In this document: positions 1 through 8,759 of the stretch, one piece after another | Numbering within the stretch: the stretch's first letter is position 1 | How the letters are laid out: every line of letters begins with the position of its first letter | Assembly: GCA_965219685.1 (NCBI GenBank) | Contig: CBDCOH010000002.1 | Location: 3,584,001 to 3,648,000, forward strand | Reading direction: 5' to 3' | DNA from: Candidatus Spongiisociaceae bacterium | GTDB lineage: Bacteria > Actinomycetota > Acidimicrobiia > Spongiisociales > Spongiisociaceae | Length of the DNA: 64,000 nucleotides | Notes under the pieces: model-generated | The model's database searches: none | Told to the model about the DNA's origin: nothing | The model's input: the letters and a program-made list of their open reading frames with translations, nothing else | Translations under genes and position numbers: made by a program

Positions 1-245
1 TTTTGGAGACCGCCGATGTCCTCTCGAATGCTGGCGACCTCGGTTTTGACGCCGGCGACGTCGTTGCGGATGGTGGCCACGTCCTGTTGGAGGTCGGTGA
101 TGTCCTTGCGGATGGTTTGCTGCCCGGTCTCGATGTTGTCCAGCCGGTCGAGGATCTGTGTGAGAATGCCAGCTAGCGCCTCGAAGGCCGCGTCTGTCCT
201 GGCATTGCCCGTTGTGGGGAACCGAACGACTGCGGATTGGGCCAT
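1..245 (-). CDS. Coiled-coil protein, runs off the window edge
   Basis: Translated by hand: ATG at 245 after purine-rich AAGGGGGAAC, then MAQSAVVRFPTTGNARTDAAFEALAGILTQILDRLDNIETGQQTIRKDITDLQQDVATIRNDVAGVKTEVASIREDIGGLQ with heptad periodicity. No stop before position 1. Confidence 0.6.
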   Translation of the reverse strand, partial: MAQSAVVRFPTTGNARTDAAFEALAGILTQILDRLDNIETGQQTIRKDITDLQQDVATIRNDVAGVKTEVASIREDIGGLQ

Positions 246-585
246 GAACGTTCCCCCTTACCTGTGATCGCTTATAGGGTAACTATACCACCCGACCGTT
301 AGATACCGTCAACAAGGTTGGACATCTAACTGGTTCAAGTTTTTCGACTCCAACGAAAAGTGGAAATACCAGGCGCTTTGCGTGGGGCGGATCAATACGG
401 ATGGGACGAGGATGATCGCCGTGTCCGGACCGGCGGCGATGTTTGTGCTCGCGGCACCCTTGACTATGCACGATGGGTGTGACAGCGGCAACCCCTACTC
501 GCACTCGAACGGGACTAACCGGTGGGCACACAGGATCCGCCGCTCGAGACCCCGCCTAGGTGCCGGCGGGGCTGCCAGTGGGTCC

Positions 586-1701
586 CTACTCCAGCCTGTC
601 GACCAATCTCTGGAACTTGCCGGCGGAGAAGGACACGGGAGTGTCCTCCACCCGGTTGCCGGTCTTGTCGATCAGCAGGGCCCGGGATGTGTACGGGCCG
701 CCGTAATGTCTCCACACCGCGTTGGAGCCGTCCCAGAGGTTGGTGAAGGTCAGCCCGTAACGTCGAACGAAGCCCTCGCCGGAACTCCGGGGATTCCAAT
801 GATCCGGGTTGATACCCACCACTGTGACCTTGTCTGTGTTCTTGCGAGCGAACTGCTCGACCTCCGGAGCATGCCTCCGGCAAGTCGGTCACCATTCCGC
901 CCAGAACCAGAACAGCACCCCCTTGTCGCCCGTGAACAGCGAGCGGAGGTTGACGGTCTCGCCGCTGGAGAGGTCGGTCAGGTCGACATCGGGGACGTCG
1001 TCGGAGATGGTGACCGGTTCGGGCTCGGTCGTCTGGTCGTCCTGTTTGAGCAGCGCCCGGTGCAGGAAGGTGGCCATCTCGGCTCGGGTGACCGAATCGT
1101 GGGGGCAGTAGCGGAGCGGGCCGGTCGCGCATCCGGTGGTGATCCCGGCTGTGGCCAGGGCGTCGATGTTCGGCGCGTGGGTGTTGCCTGCGGTGTCCGT
1201 GAAGCCGGCCGGGCCGGCGGGTTCGAGAGCGAAGGCACGGGTGAGGAAGGTGGCCATCTCGGCTCGGGTGACGGCCTGGTCGGGGCAGTAGCGGAGCGGG
1301 CCGGTGGCGCATCCTTTGGTGATCTCACGGTCGGCGAGTTCCTCCGCGTAGCGCGACCACCACTCTGAGGCGTCCACGTCGTCGAAGCGGGAGGTCCCTC
1401 CGGCGGTGACGTCGCCGCCGAGGACCCGGATCAGCCATACGGCCATGACCCATCGCTCGATCTTCTCCTGCGGGCAGAATTCGCCTTCCCCGCACTCGGT
1501 GCCCTCGAACACGCCCGACTCGGCCAGGGCATTGATCGCCGGCTCGTGGAAGTCGCCCGCACCGACATCGGAGAACCCGTCCGCGCCCCCGGCCGGCGGG
1601 GAGGCCAGAAGCGACGCCAGCAGTACCACGACCAGCGCCAACGGGGCGGCCCGACGGCGCCCGGGCGATGCTGTGTGCTCACGGGTTGTCACGGCTGCCA
1701 C
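586..1701 (-). CDS. Exported SLH-domain + TlpA/redoxin-fold protein, probable selenoprotein (UxxC, Sec TGA at 889-891)
   Basis: Signal peptide and three SLH repeats (..VTRAEMATFL..). Reads FWFWAEW-TGA-PTCRRHAPEVEQFARKNTDKVTVVGIN... and stays open into ORF 586..822 (same frame, no other stop). Confidence 0.85.
845..859 (-). promoter_or_regulatory. Candidate bacterial SECIS hairpin CGAGC-AGTTC-GCTCG
   Basis: 5-bp stem with AGUUC loop, 29 nt 3' of the TGA at 889-891. Identical in all three paralogs. Confidence 0.7.
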
Positions 1702-1868
1702 CCCCCTGTCGGGTCGGGCCTCATGATAGTTCTCCGGATGGGTCCGGTGTCGGATACCACCCGGCGCCCGTGGACGGGATGCCGGCCAGCCGTGTCGACG
1801 AGGCCGGAGGATTCAGGACCGGGTCCGGGGCGATCCCCCACGTGCGCAGTCGGTCGTCACGAACCGGA

Positions 1869-2978
1869 CTACTCCAACGCCGCCAGCAACCTGTCGATCA
1901 GGTCCGGGTCGAAGTACGAGTATTGAGGCGAGGGCACCGGGTTGCCCTCCCGGTCGACGAAGCGGAACCTCACCCGGTCGCCCTGCTTGCGCAGCAGCCG
2001 GAACTCGGACCAGGACCCGATCCCGTAGTGCGCTGTCGTTGCCCAGGGCTGATCGTCGCGAAGGATCGGAAAGGTCAAGCCGTGGGTGGCCACGAAGTTC
2101 GTGATCGCGTTAGGAGAATCCTCGGAGTTGATCCCTATGACCTTGACCCTATGGGTGTTGTCACGAGCGAACTGCTCGACCGCGGCCGCTTCCCGCCGGC
2201 ATCTCGGTCAGCCAGGCGAGAAGAACCAGAGCAGGAGGGGCTTGTCGCCGGTGACGAACGAGCGGAGGCTCACGGTGTCTCCCGTGGAGACGTCGGTCAG
2301 GTCTGTGTCGGGGACATCGTCGGAGATGGCGACCGGTTCGGGTCCGGTCATCCGGTCGTTCTGTTTGAGCAGGGCCTGGTGGAGAAAGGTGGCCATCTGG
2401 GCTCGGGTGACCGCCTCGTTAGGGCAGTAGCGGAGGGGGTCGGTCGCGCATTCGCGGGTGATCCCGGCTGCGGCTAGGGCGTCGATGTCCGGCGCGTGGT
2501 GGTCGCCTTCGGTGTCCGTGAAGCCAGCCGGGCTGGCGGCTTCGAGGGCGAAGGCCCGGGTGAGGAAGCTGCCCATCTGGGCTCGGGTGACGTCCTGGTC
2601 GGGGCAGTAGCGGAGGGGGCCGGTGTCGCATCCTTTGGTGATCTCGCGGTCGGCGAGTTCCTCCGCGTGGCGCGACCACCATTCGGAGGCGTCCACGTCG
2701 GCGAAGCGGGAGGTCCCTCCGGCGGTGACGTCGCCGCCGAGGACTCGGATCAGCCATACGGCCATGACCCATCGCTCGATCGGGTCCTGGGGGCAGAATT
2801 CGCCTTCCCCGCACTCGGTGCCCTCGAACACGCCCGACTCGGCCAGGGCGTTAATCGCCGGTTCATGGATGCCGCCCGCACCGACGTCGGAGAACCCGTC
2901 CGCGGCCCCGGCGGGGAGCGGACCCAGCACCGAGGCCACCAACACCACGGCTACCAGGACGGTCGGCCAACCCGTCAT
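1869..2978 (-). CDS. Exported SLH-domain + TlpA/redoxin-fold protein, probable selenoprotein (UxxC, Sec TGA at 2208-2210)
   Basis: Signal peptide and three SLH repeats. Reads LWFFSPG-TGA-PRCRREAAAVEQFARDNTHRVKVIGINSED... in frame with ORF 1869..2093. Confidence 0.85.
2164..2178 (-). promoter_or_regulatory. Candidate bacterial SECIS hairpin CGAGC-AGTTC-GCTCG
   Basis: Same hairpin, 29 nt 3' of the TGA at 2208-2210. Confidence 0.7.
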
Positions 2979-3055
2979 GCGGCGGAGGCGTCAACCTATT
3001 GGGGCGGCGAATACCGGACCAGGTCCGATAGACCTGGTCGGCAGTGGACGCGGCG

Positions 3056-4090
3056 TCATACCAACTCGTCCAATAGGTTCTCGACGCGGGTCCGGTCGTA
3101 GGGTTCGGTCCTCTCCATCAGCCGGTTGCCGAACGGATCCAGGAGCAGGAAGTCGGACGTGGCGTCCATCTCGTAGTGTTCCCATGCCTCACGGGAGTCG
3201 CTCCAGAGCACAGTGAAGGTGGTGCCCTTGTCAGCTACGAACTCCTGGGCTATCTCCAGGGTTCCTATGCCGCCGACGCCTATGACGATGAGGCGGTGGG
3301 AGTTGTCCCGAGCGAACTGCTCGATGGCCGGAGCCTCTTCGTTGCACGTCTCTCAGAACGGCGACCAGAACCAGAACATGAGCGGCTTCTCGCCCTTGAC
3401 CACCGACCGCAGGCTCACCAACTCGCCGGTAGCCGTGTCGAACATCCGGACGTCGGGCACGTCGTCGGAGATCTCGATCGTGAGCGGCGCCTCGGTGGTG
3501 GTCGGCGTGGGTGCCTGGGTGGTGGTAGGCGCCTGGGTGGTGGTGGTCGGTGGCTCGGTGGTGGTGGTCGGCGCTTGGGTGGTCGTGGTGGGCGCGTCGG
3601 TCGTGCTGGTCGTCGGCGCCTGGGTGGTGGATGTCGCCGGTGGTTCCTCGACGGTCGTGGAAGTCACGCCGGTCCCGGCCGTGTCGACGGTGGTGGAGGT
3701 GACTGCGGCGACCGTCGTGGCTGCGGCGGCCGTGGTGGTGGTGCTGTCCGGGACGGCCGATGTCGTCGTGGCGGCCCGGGCCGCGGTGGTGCTGGTTTCC
3801 GGCGCCGTCCCGTCCTCGGAGGGGTCGCGGTCAGCCACGCTGGTCCCGGGGTCGGGCATGGTGGTCCCGGTCGTGGTGGAGGCGCCGGCATCCACGGCGT
3901 CGGCTGCCACCGTGGTGGTGGTTCCGCTCCCGCAGGCGGCGACCATCAGGGCCGCTGCCACCACCCCGGCGTACCAGCCGGGCAACGGACGGGTCGGCCG
4001 TCGCTCCCGTGGCCGACGAGACCGCCTCGGACCCGCGCCCCGGTCCGGATCGACCGTGGCGCTCCCGCCTTCGTCGGCGTGCTGGCCCAT
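3056..4090 (-). CDS. Lipoprotein with Thr-rich stalk + TlpA/redoxin fold, probable selenoprotein (UxxC, Sec TGA at 3353-3355)
   Basis: Lipobox VAAC and TTTTQAP repeats. Reads FWFWSPF-TGA-ETCNEEAPAIEQFARDNSHRLIVIGVGGIGTLEIAQEFVADKGTTFTVLWSDSREAWEHYEMDATSDFLLLDPFGNR...DELV-TGA(3056). The downstream half is missing from the ORF track. Start codon uncertain. Confidence 0.85.
3309..3323 (-). promoter_or_regulatory. Candidate bacterial SECIS hairpin CGAGC-AGTTC-GCTCG
   Basis: Same hairpin, 29 nt 3' of the TGA at 3353-3355. Confidence 0.7.
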
Positions 4091-4340
4091 GGAACAACGG
4101 CTCGGGCTGCGACGAACCGCGCGGGTGTCGCCTGTCACCCACCTTCTCGCTGTCACCGGCTAAGCATAGAGGCTGGTGAGAGTTGCCGATCGGGCAGTGC
4201 AGGGCCACCCGAGGGCCGCAGACGCCGGCTGCGCCGCCGCCGCCGAGGCTCGACCGCCCGCGGAGGGGTCGCGCAAGGGCAACCCGGCCGGATGGCGGTC
4301 GTATCCTCCCGCTACGATCCGGTTGGCCGATCAGGTACCG

Positions 4341-6869
4341 GTGTTGAGAGAAATCCTCAGAAGGGAGGGCGGCGCCCTCCGAGCCTCGTGGCTTGTCCTC
4401 GCGGGCGTCTCCGCAGCGCTGCTGCTGCTTGCCACGCCCGCGCGGGCGGAGTCGCCCTGCGGCTCCCCGACGGTGATTCCCGACGGCTCGGAAGCTCTGC
4501 GGTCCGACTGCGAGGTGCTGTGGGAGTTCTACACCGGTCTCGAAGACCCGGGCGTACTGGACGATGCCGACAACCCCAACGCCTGGCTACCTACCATCCC
4601 GTTCGTCGAGTGGCAGGGACTCGAGGTCCGGAACGACCGGGTCGTAATCCTCTCCCTGTCCGGAGCCGAGTTGAAGGGACCCGTCTCCCCCGGCCTCGGT
4701 GGCCTGGCCGGCCTGCGGGCCCTCTACCTGAACTCCAACCAACTGACCGGTCCGATCCCCCCCGAACTGGGTGACCTCTCGGAGCTCGTCCTGCTGCAAC
4801 TGGACGACAACGGGTTCACGGGACCGATACCCCCGGAGATAGGGCAACTGGCGGAGCTGGTCTACCTTCTCCTGAACAGCAATGACCTCACGGGACCGAT
4901 CCCGCCACAGTTAGGCGACCCCACCAAGCTGAAGTGGCTGTACCTGTTCGGCAACGAGCTGAGCGGGCCGATACCCGAGGAGCTGTCGCGCCTGGACGAC
5001 CTCGAGAAACTCGCCCTGGGCGACAACCAGCTCACCGGGTCCATCCCGCCGGAGCTGGGGAGGCTCGTGAACCTGACCCTGCTGGCGCTCAACGACAACC
5101 AACTCAGCGGGTCCATCCCGCCGGAACTGGAGTCCCTGACCAAGCTGGAACAGCTGTATCTCCGCGGCAACCGGCTGACCGGTCCCATCCCTCCCGGCCT
5201 CGATCAGGTGCTCGAGCCCGCCGACAAGGACGAGATCGATCCCTTCTGGGCGGATCCGCTGGGTCTCATCGCCCACGCGGCCTACTACCGCCAGTACAGC
5301 CTCGGCTCGACTGTCTGGCACGTGTGGTTCTGCGATGTGCCGCTGGGCGACGCGCCCGTCGTGGCGAACGAGGTGGTGAGGCGCCTGAACCGGGAGGTGG
5401 TCTCCTACTTCGAGTGGGTGTCGGGCGACCGGTACCGGCCGAGCTTCCAAGCGGAGGGTTGGCTGGCCGGTGACAGCCGGTCGGACTGTGAGGCCGCGCT
5501 GGAGGCCGAGGACCCCGAGATGCCCATGCTCCTGGTCGAGAACAGCCCCGCCAACGACGGCTACGCGGCGGGCCGGGGACTGGTGGTGCTAGGAGGCGGC
5601 ACGGTCGTCCCGACACCGGGGTTCCGCCAGGCGCGCCTGTCGACCGTGGTCCACGAGATGGGCCATGCGTTGGGCTTCCCGCACTCCTTCGGCGGCAGGA
5701 TCAGATGGTCGCCCGAGGGCCAGCTCAGCGGGGTCTACGAGTACGACAACCCGATGGACATGATGAGCGGCGACCTCGCCCTGGGGCTCGACACCGGGAC
5801 GATCGCCGCCAACCGGTACGCGGCGGGCTGGATCGAACCGGACGAGGTGGCGGTCCACGGGGCGGGAACGACAGCCGTCTACGAGCTCCGCCCGCCTGGT
5901 GCGGGCGGCACCCAGATGCTGGTCCTGCCGGGGAGGAGGCAGGGCGTGTTCACGGTGCTGGGAGCCAGGGTCGCCCTGGGTCATGATGTGGCCATCCCGC
6001 GAGCGGGGGTCGAGGCCTACCGCATCGACCAGAGGGAAGCGGCGTGCACCTACCCCTGGCGGGGCGCTTGCTCGGGAACCGAGCGGCGTACCCAGCCCTA
6101 CCCGCCCGCCGAGCCGGGAGCAGGTTACGGCGACGATCTGGGCAGCCGCGGCCGGCGCCGCCTGGTCGATCACGTGTACCGCCCGGGCGACGTGTTCGAG
6201 ATCGGCACGACCACGATCGAGGTGGTCGAGAAGGTCGGCAACAACTACCGGGTGCGGGTGGCGGACTCCTCTGCGCCGCCGCCCCCGCCGGAGCCCGCCC
6301 CCGGTCCGTCGTTCGACGGGCGCTTCTCCGACGACGACGGCAGCGTCCACGAAGCCGACATCGAAACGATCGCCGCGCTGGGCATCACCGTCGGCTGCAA
6401 CCCGCCCGACAACAACCGTTACTGCCCCGGCGACGTCGTGACCCGGGCGCAGATGATGGCCTTCCTGGCCCGCGCCCTCGGCGAGGAGGGCGACCCCGAG
6501 GTGACTACCGGCCGGTTCTCCGACGTGCCCGACAACGCCTGGTACCTGCCGTACCTGGAGCGGCTGGCCGACCTCGGGGTGGTCGAACCCTACGAGGACG
6601 GCACCTTCCGCCCTGACGAGCCCATCACCCGGATCGACATGGCCGTGCTCCTAATGCGAGCATTCCCGGGCATCGACGAGGTGACCGAACCCGAGGGAGT
6701 CTTCGTCGATGTGCCCGCAGACGCTCCGCACGCGGGGGCGGTCGAGGGCATCCTGGCGGCGGGGGTCACCAAAGGATGCTCCGAGGACCCACTCTCCTAC
6801 TGTCCCGGCGGGGCCGTGCCCCGCGACCAGATGGCGTCCTTCCTGGCGCGAGCCCTGAAAGCCGGCTAG
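4341..6869 (+). CDS. Secreted LRR + zinc metallopeptidase (metzincin-like) + C-terminal SLH protein
   Basis: Signal peptide ending PARA; about 8 24-aa repeats LxxLxLxxNxLTGPIPPELG; HEMGHALGFPH and a YDNPMDMMS Met-turn-like motif; Pro linker; three SLH repeats. Start uncertain (ORF open from 4176). Confidence 0.8.
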   Translation: MLREILRREGGALRASWLVLAGVSAALLLLATPARAESPCGSPTVIPDGSEALRSDCEVLWEFYTGLEDPGVLDDADNPNAWLPTIPFVEWQGLEVRNDRVVILSLSGAELKGPVSPGLGGLAGLRALYLNSNQLTGPIPPELGDLSELVLLQLDDNGFTGPIPPEIGQLAELVYLLLNSNDLTGPIPPQLGDPTKLKWLYLFGNELSGPIPEELSRLDDLEKLALGDNQLTGSIPPELGRLVNLTLLALNDNQLSGSIPPELESLTKLEQLYLRGNRLTGPIPPGLDQVLEPADKDEIDPFWADPLGLIAHAAYYRQYSLGSTVWHVWFCDVPLGDAPVVANEVVRRLNREVVSYFEWVSGDRYRPSFQAEGWLAGDSRSDCEAALEAEDPEMPMLLVENSPANDGYAAGRGLVVLGGGTVVPTPGFRQARLSTVVHEMGHALGFPHSFGGRIRWSPEGQLSGVYEYDNPMDMMSGDLALGLDTGTIAANRYAAGWIEPDEVAVHGAGTTAVYELRPPGAGGTQMLVLPGRRQGVFTVLGARVALGHDVAIPRAGVEAYRIDQREAACTYPWRGACSGTERRTQPYPPAEPGAGYGDDLGSRGRRRLVDHVYRPGDVFEIGTTTIEVVEKVGNNYRVRVADSSAPPPPPEPAPGPSFDGRFSDDDGSVHEADIETIAALGITVGCNPPDNNRYCPGDVVTRAQMMAFLARALGEEGDPEVTTGRFSDVPDNAWYLPYLERLADLGVVEPYEDGTFRPDEPITRIDMAVLLMRAFPGIDEVTEPEGVFVDVPADAPHAGAVEGILAAGVTKGCSEDPLSYCPGGAVPRDQMASFLARALKAG

Positions 6870-6917
6870 ACGAGTGGCTGGTGCTTGGTGGACAGTATTG
6901 CTGTTTTAATGCACCGG

Positions 6918-6956
6918 ACCATTCACCATTCACCACTCACCATTCACCATTCACCA
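6918..6956. repeat. Heptamer tandem repeat (ACCATTC) x5.5
   Basis: Read directly. Lies between convergent genes. Confidence 0.9.
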
Positions 6957-7063
6957 CCTGGCTGGGTGCGGTCGCTTCCGGTCAGATCCTTTGGAACCAC
7001 TCGGCTAGGACCCGGAGCACCGGCGAGACGTTGCGGCAGCGCCTCAGCGGTTGGGCGATCCTG

Positions 7064-8620
7064 TCAGCAGAAGGGGAGGTCCATCAAGCTGAAGTCGTTG
7101 CTGGTGTCCATCAGTCCCTGCGGTATGCATCCCTGAAACTGGTTCCCGCCGTAGAACCGCACGTAGTTGATCTCGGGAAGGTCACCCAGGGAGGCGGGGA
7201 TGCGACCCTGCAACCTGTTGTTGGCCACATCCAGGAGGCGAAGTTTGGTGAGATTCCCCAGCTCGTCGGGAATCTCACCCGTGAGTCGGTTTTCGTTTAG
7301 CCACAGGTTGGCGAGGCGCGACAGTCTTCCAAGCTCCGGGGGGATGGGGCCTGTCAGTTGGTTCCTGGAAAGGATCAGCACCTCGAATTCCTCCAGGTCG
7401 CCCAACTCCGAAGGTATGGGACCGCTCAATCGGTTCCCCCCAAGGGACATCCACCAGAGCGACTTCACCGTCCCGAGTTCGGCCGGGATGGCCCCTGTCA
7501 GCACGTTGTCGCGCAGGGACAGGACACCCAGGTTGGCGAACTCGCCGAATTCAGGTGGGATGCCTCCACTCAGCGCGTTGCCTCCCAGGGACAGCTGTTC
7601 CAGGCGGGTGAGTCCGGTCAACTCAACCGGGATGGGTCCGTCGAGCAGGTTGTCGGCGAGGATGAGGGTCCTGAGTTGCTGGAGAGAGCCCAATTCGGAG
7701 GGCACCGACCCGGTGAGCCCATTCTCGCTCAGGTCAAGGGTCTCGAGCGCGGAGAGATCGGCCAGGATCGGCGGGAAGGGTCCCTCCAGCCCGTTGCCCT
7801 TCAGTTCCAGCTTCTTGACACGGTCGTCATCGTCGGTGGTGACACCGCCCCAAGCTTCCAGTTGGCCCCCTGTCAACCAGTTCTTCCTGCTGGTCCAGTT
7901 GTTGCCACTCGTCGTGTTGTAGAGGACCGCGAGGATGGCCCGGTCCGAGGTGCGGATGGCTCGGTGCAGGAACGTCGCCATCTCGGCGCGGGCCACGGGT
8001 CTGTCCGGGCAGTACTTCAGAGGGTCGGTGCTGCAGCCCGCGGTGATCCCGGCCGCGGCCAGCGCGTCGATGGCGGCTTCGTGGGTGTCGCCTCCGGTGT
8101 CGACGAACCCGGCGGAGGGCGCTTCTTCTATCTTCAGGGTGCGCACTAGGAACGTCGCCATCTCTCCCCTCGTCACCGCCCGATCGGGGCAGTAGCTCGG
8201 AGGGTCCGTCTTGCATCCGATCGTGATCTCGAGCCGGGCGATGCGCTCGGCGTAGGGTGACCACCACTCATCGGCGGAGACATCGGCGAATCGGGAGGTG
8301 TCGGTGTTGTAAGGCTTGTAGCCGAACGCCCGCACCAGCCAGACCGCCATCACCCAGCGGTCGACCGGATCCCAGGGGCAGAACATGTCCGTGTCGCACT
8401 CGGTGTCCTCGAAGTAGCCCCACTCGGCGAGGGTGTCGACCGCGGCCTGGAGTCCACCCGCCTCGGCCGAATCCGTGAAGAAGCCTTCCTCCTCGGTCGC
8501 CGCCGCGTCCGGGGCGAGCACCGTGCCGACCAGCGCCGCGACCAGGAGGAGGATCGTGCCGACGAGGAGGCGGTGCGGGACTGATGAAGACTGCCGGAGA
8601 TCGGTCTGCGGGATGCTCAT
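7064..8620 (-). CDS. Secreted SLH + LRR protein
   Basis: Hydrophobic signal, three SLH repeats, cap DRAILAVLYNTTSGNNW, about 10 plant-type LRRs, C-cap GNQFQGCIP. Start uncertain. Confidence 0.85.
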   Translation of the reverse strand: MSIPQTDLRQSSSVPHRLLVGTILLLVAALVGTVLAPDAAATEEEGFFTDSAEAGGLQAAVDTLAEWGYFEDTECDTDMFCPWDPVDRWVMAVWLVRAFGYKPYNTDTSRFADVSADEWWSPYAERIARLEITIGCKTDPPSYCPDRAVTRGEMATFLVRTLKIEEAPSAGFVDTGGDTHEAAIDALAAAGITAGCSTDPLKYCPDRPVARAEMATFLHRAIRTSDRAILAVLYNTTSGNNWTSRKNWLTGGQLEAWGGVTTDDDDRVKKLELKGNGLEGPFPPILADLSALETLDLSENGLTGSVPSELGSLQQLRTLILADNLLDGPIPVELTGLTRLEQLSLGGNALSGGIPPEFGEFANLGVLSLRDNVLTGAIPAELGTVKSLWWMSLGGNRLSGPIPSELGDLEEFEVLILSRNQLTGPIPPELGRLSRLANLWLNENRLTGEIPDELGNLTKLRLLDVANNRLQGRIPASLGDLPEINYVRFYGGNQFQGCIPQGLMDTSNDFSLMDLPFC

Positions 8621-8746
8621 GGAAGGCCTCAACTGTGGTGCTCGGGTGCTTCCGGACGCTACCACTTGTCTCCAGGATCGGGCATTCCCGCAATGGTGGG
8701 GATGGCTTGCTCGGGACGCCGACGTACGTTCGGACCCGGACGGGTA

Positions 8747-8759
8747 TAGGGTTCCCATC
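8747..8759 (+). promoter_or_regulatory. Putative leaderless promoter -10 (TAGGGT-N7-ATG)
   Basis: TANNNT 7 nt before the nnr ATG, with no Shine-Dalgarno. Confidence 0.5.

Noticed and set aside
586-4090. Reading the three TGA-split redoxin genes as pseudogenes
   Set aside because: The same catalytic codon is hit in three divergent paralogs, the downstream frames are intact, and a conserved hairpin follows at fixed spacing. Recoding explains this better.
382-4774. Long plus-strand ORFs 382..1368, 1668..2477 and 3176..4774
   Set aside because: Antisense shadows of the real minus-strand genes in high-GC DNA, with no recognisable motifs.
4720-5200. 72-nt periodic repeats as a possible array
   Set aside because: They are the coding LRR units of the surface protein.
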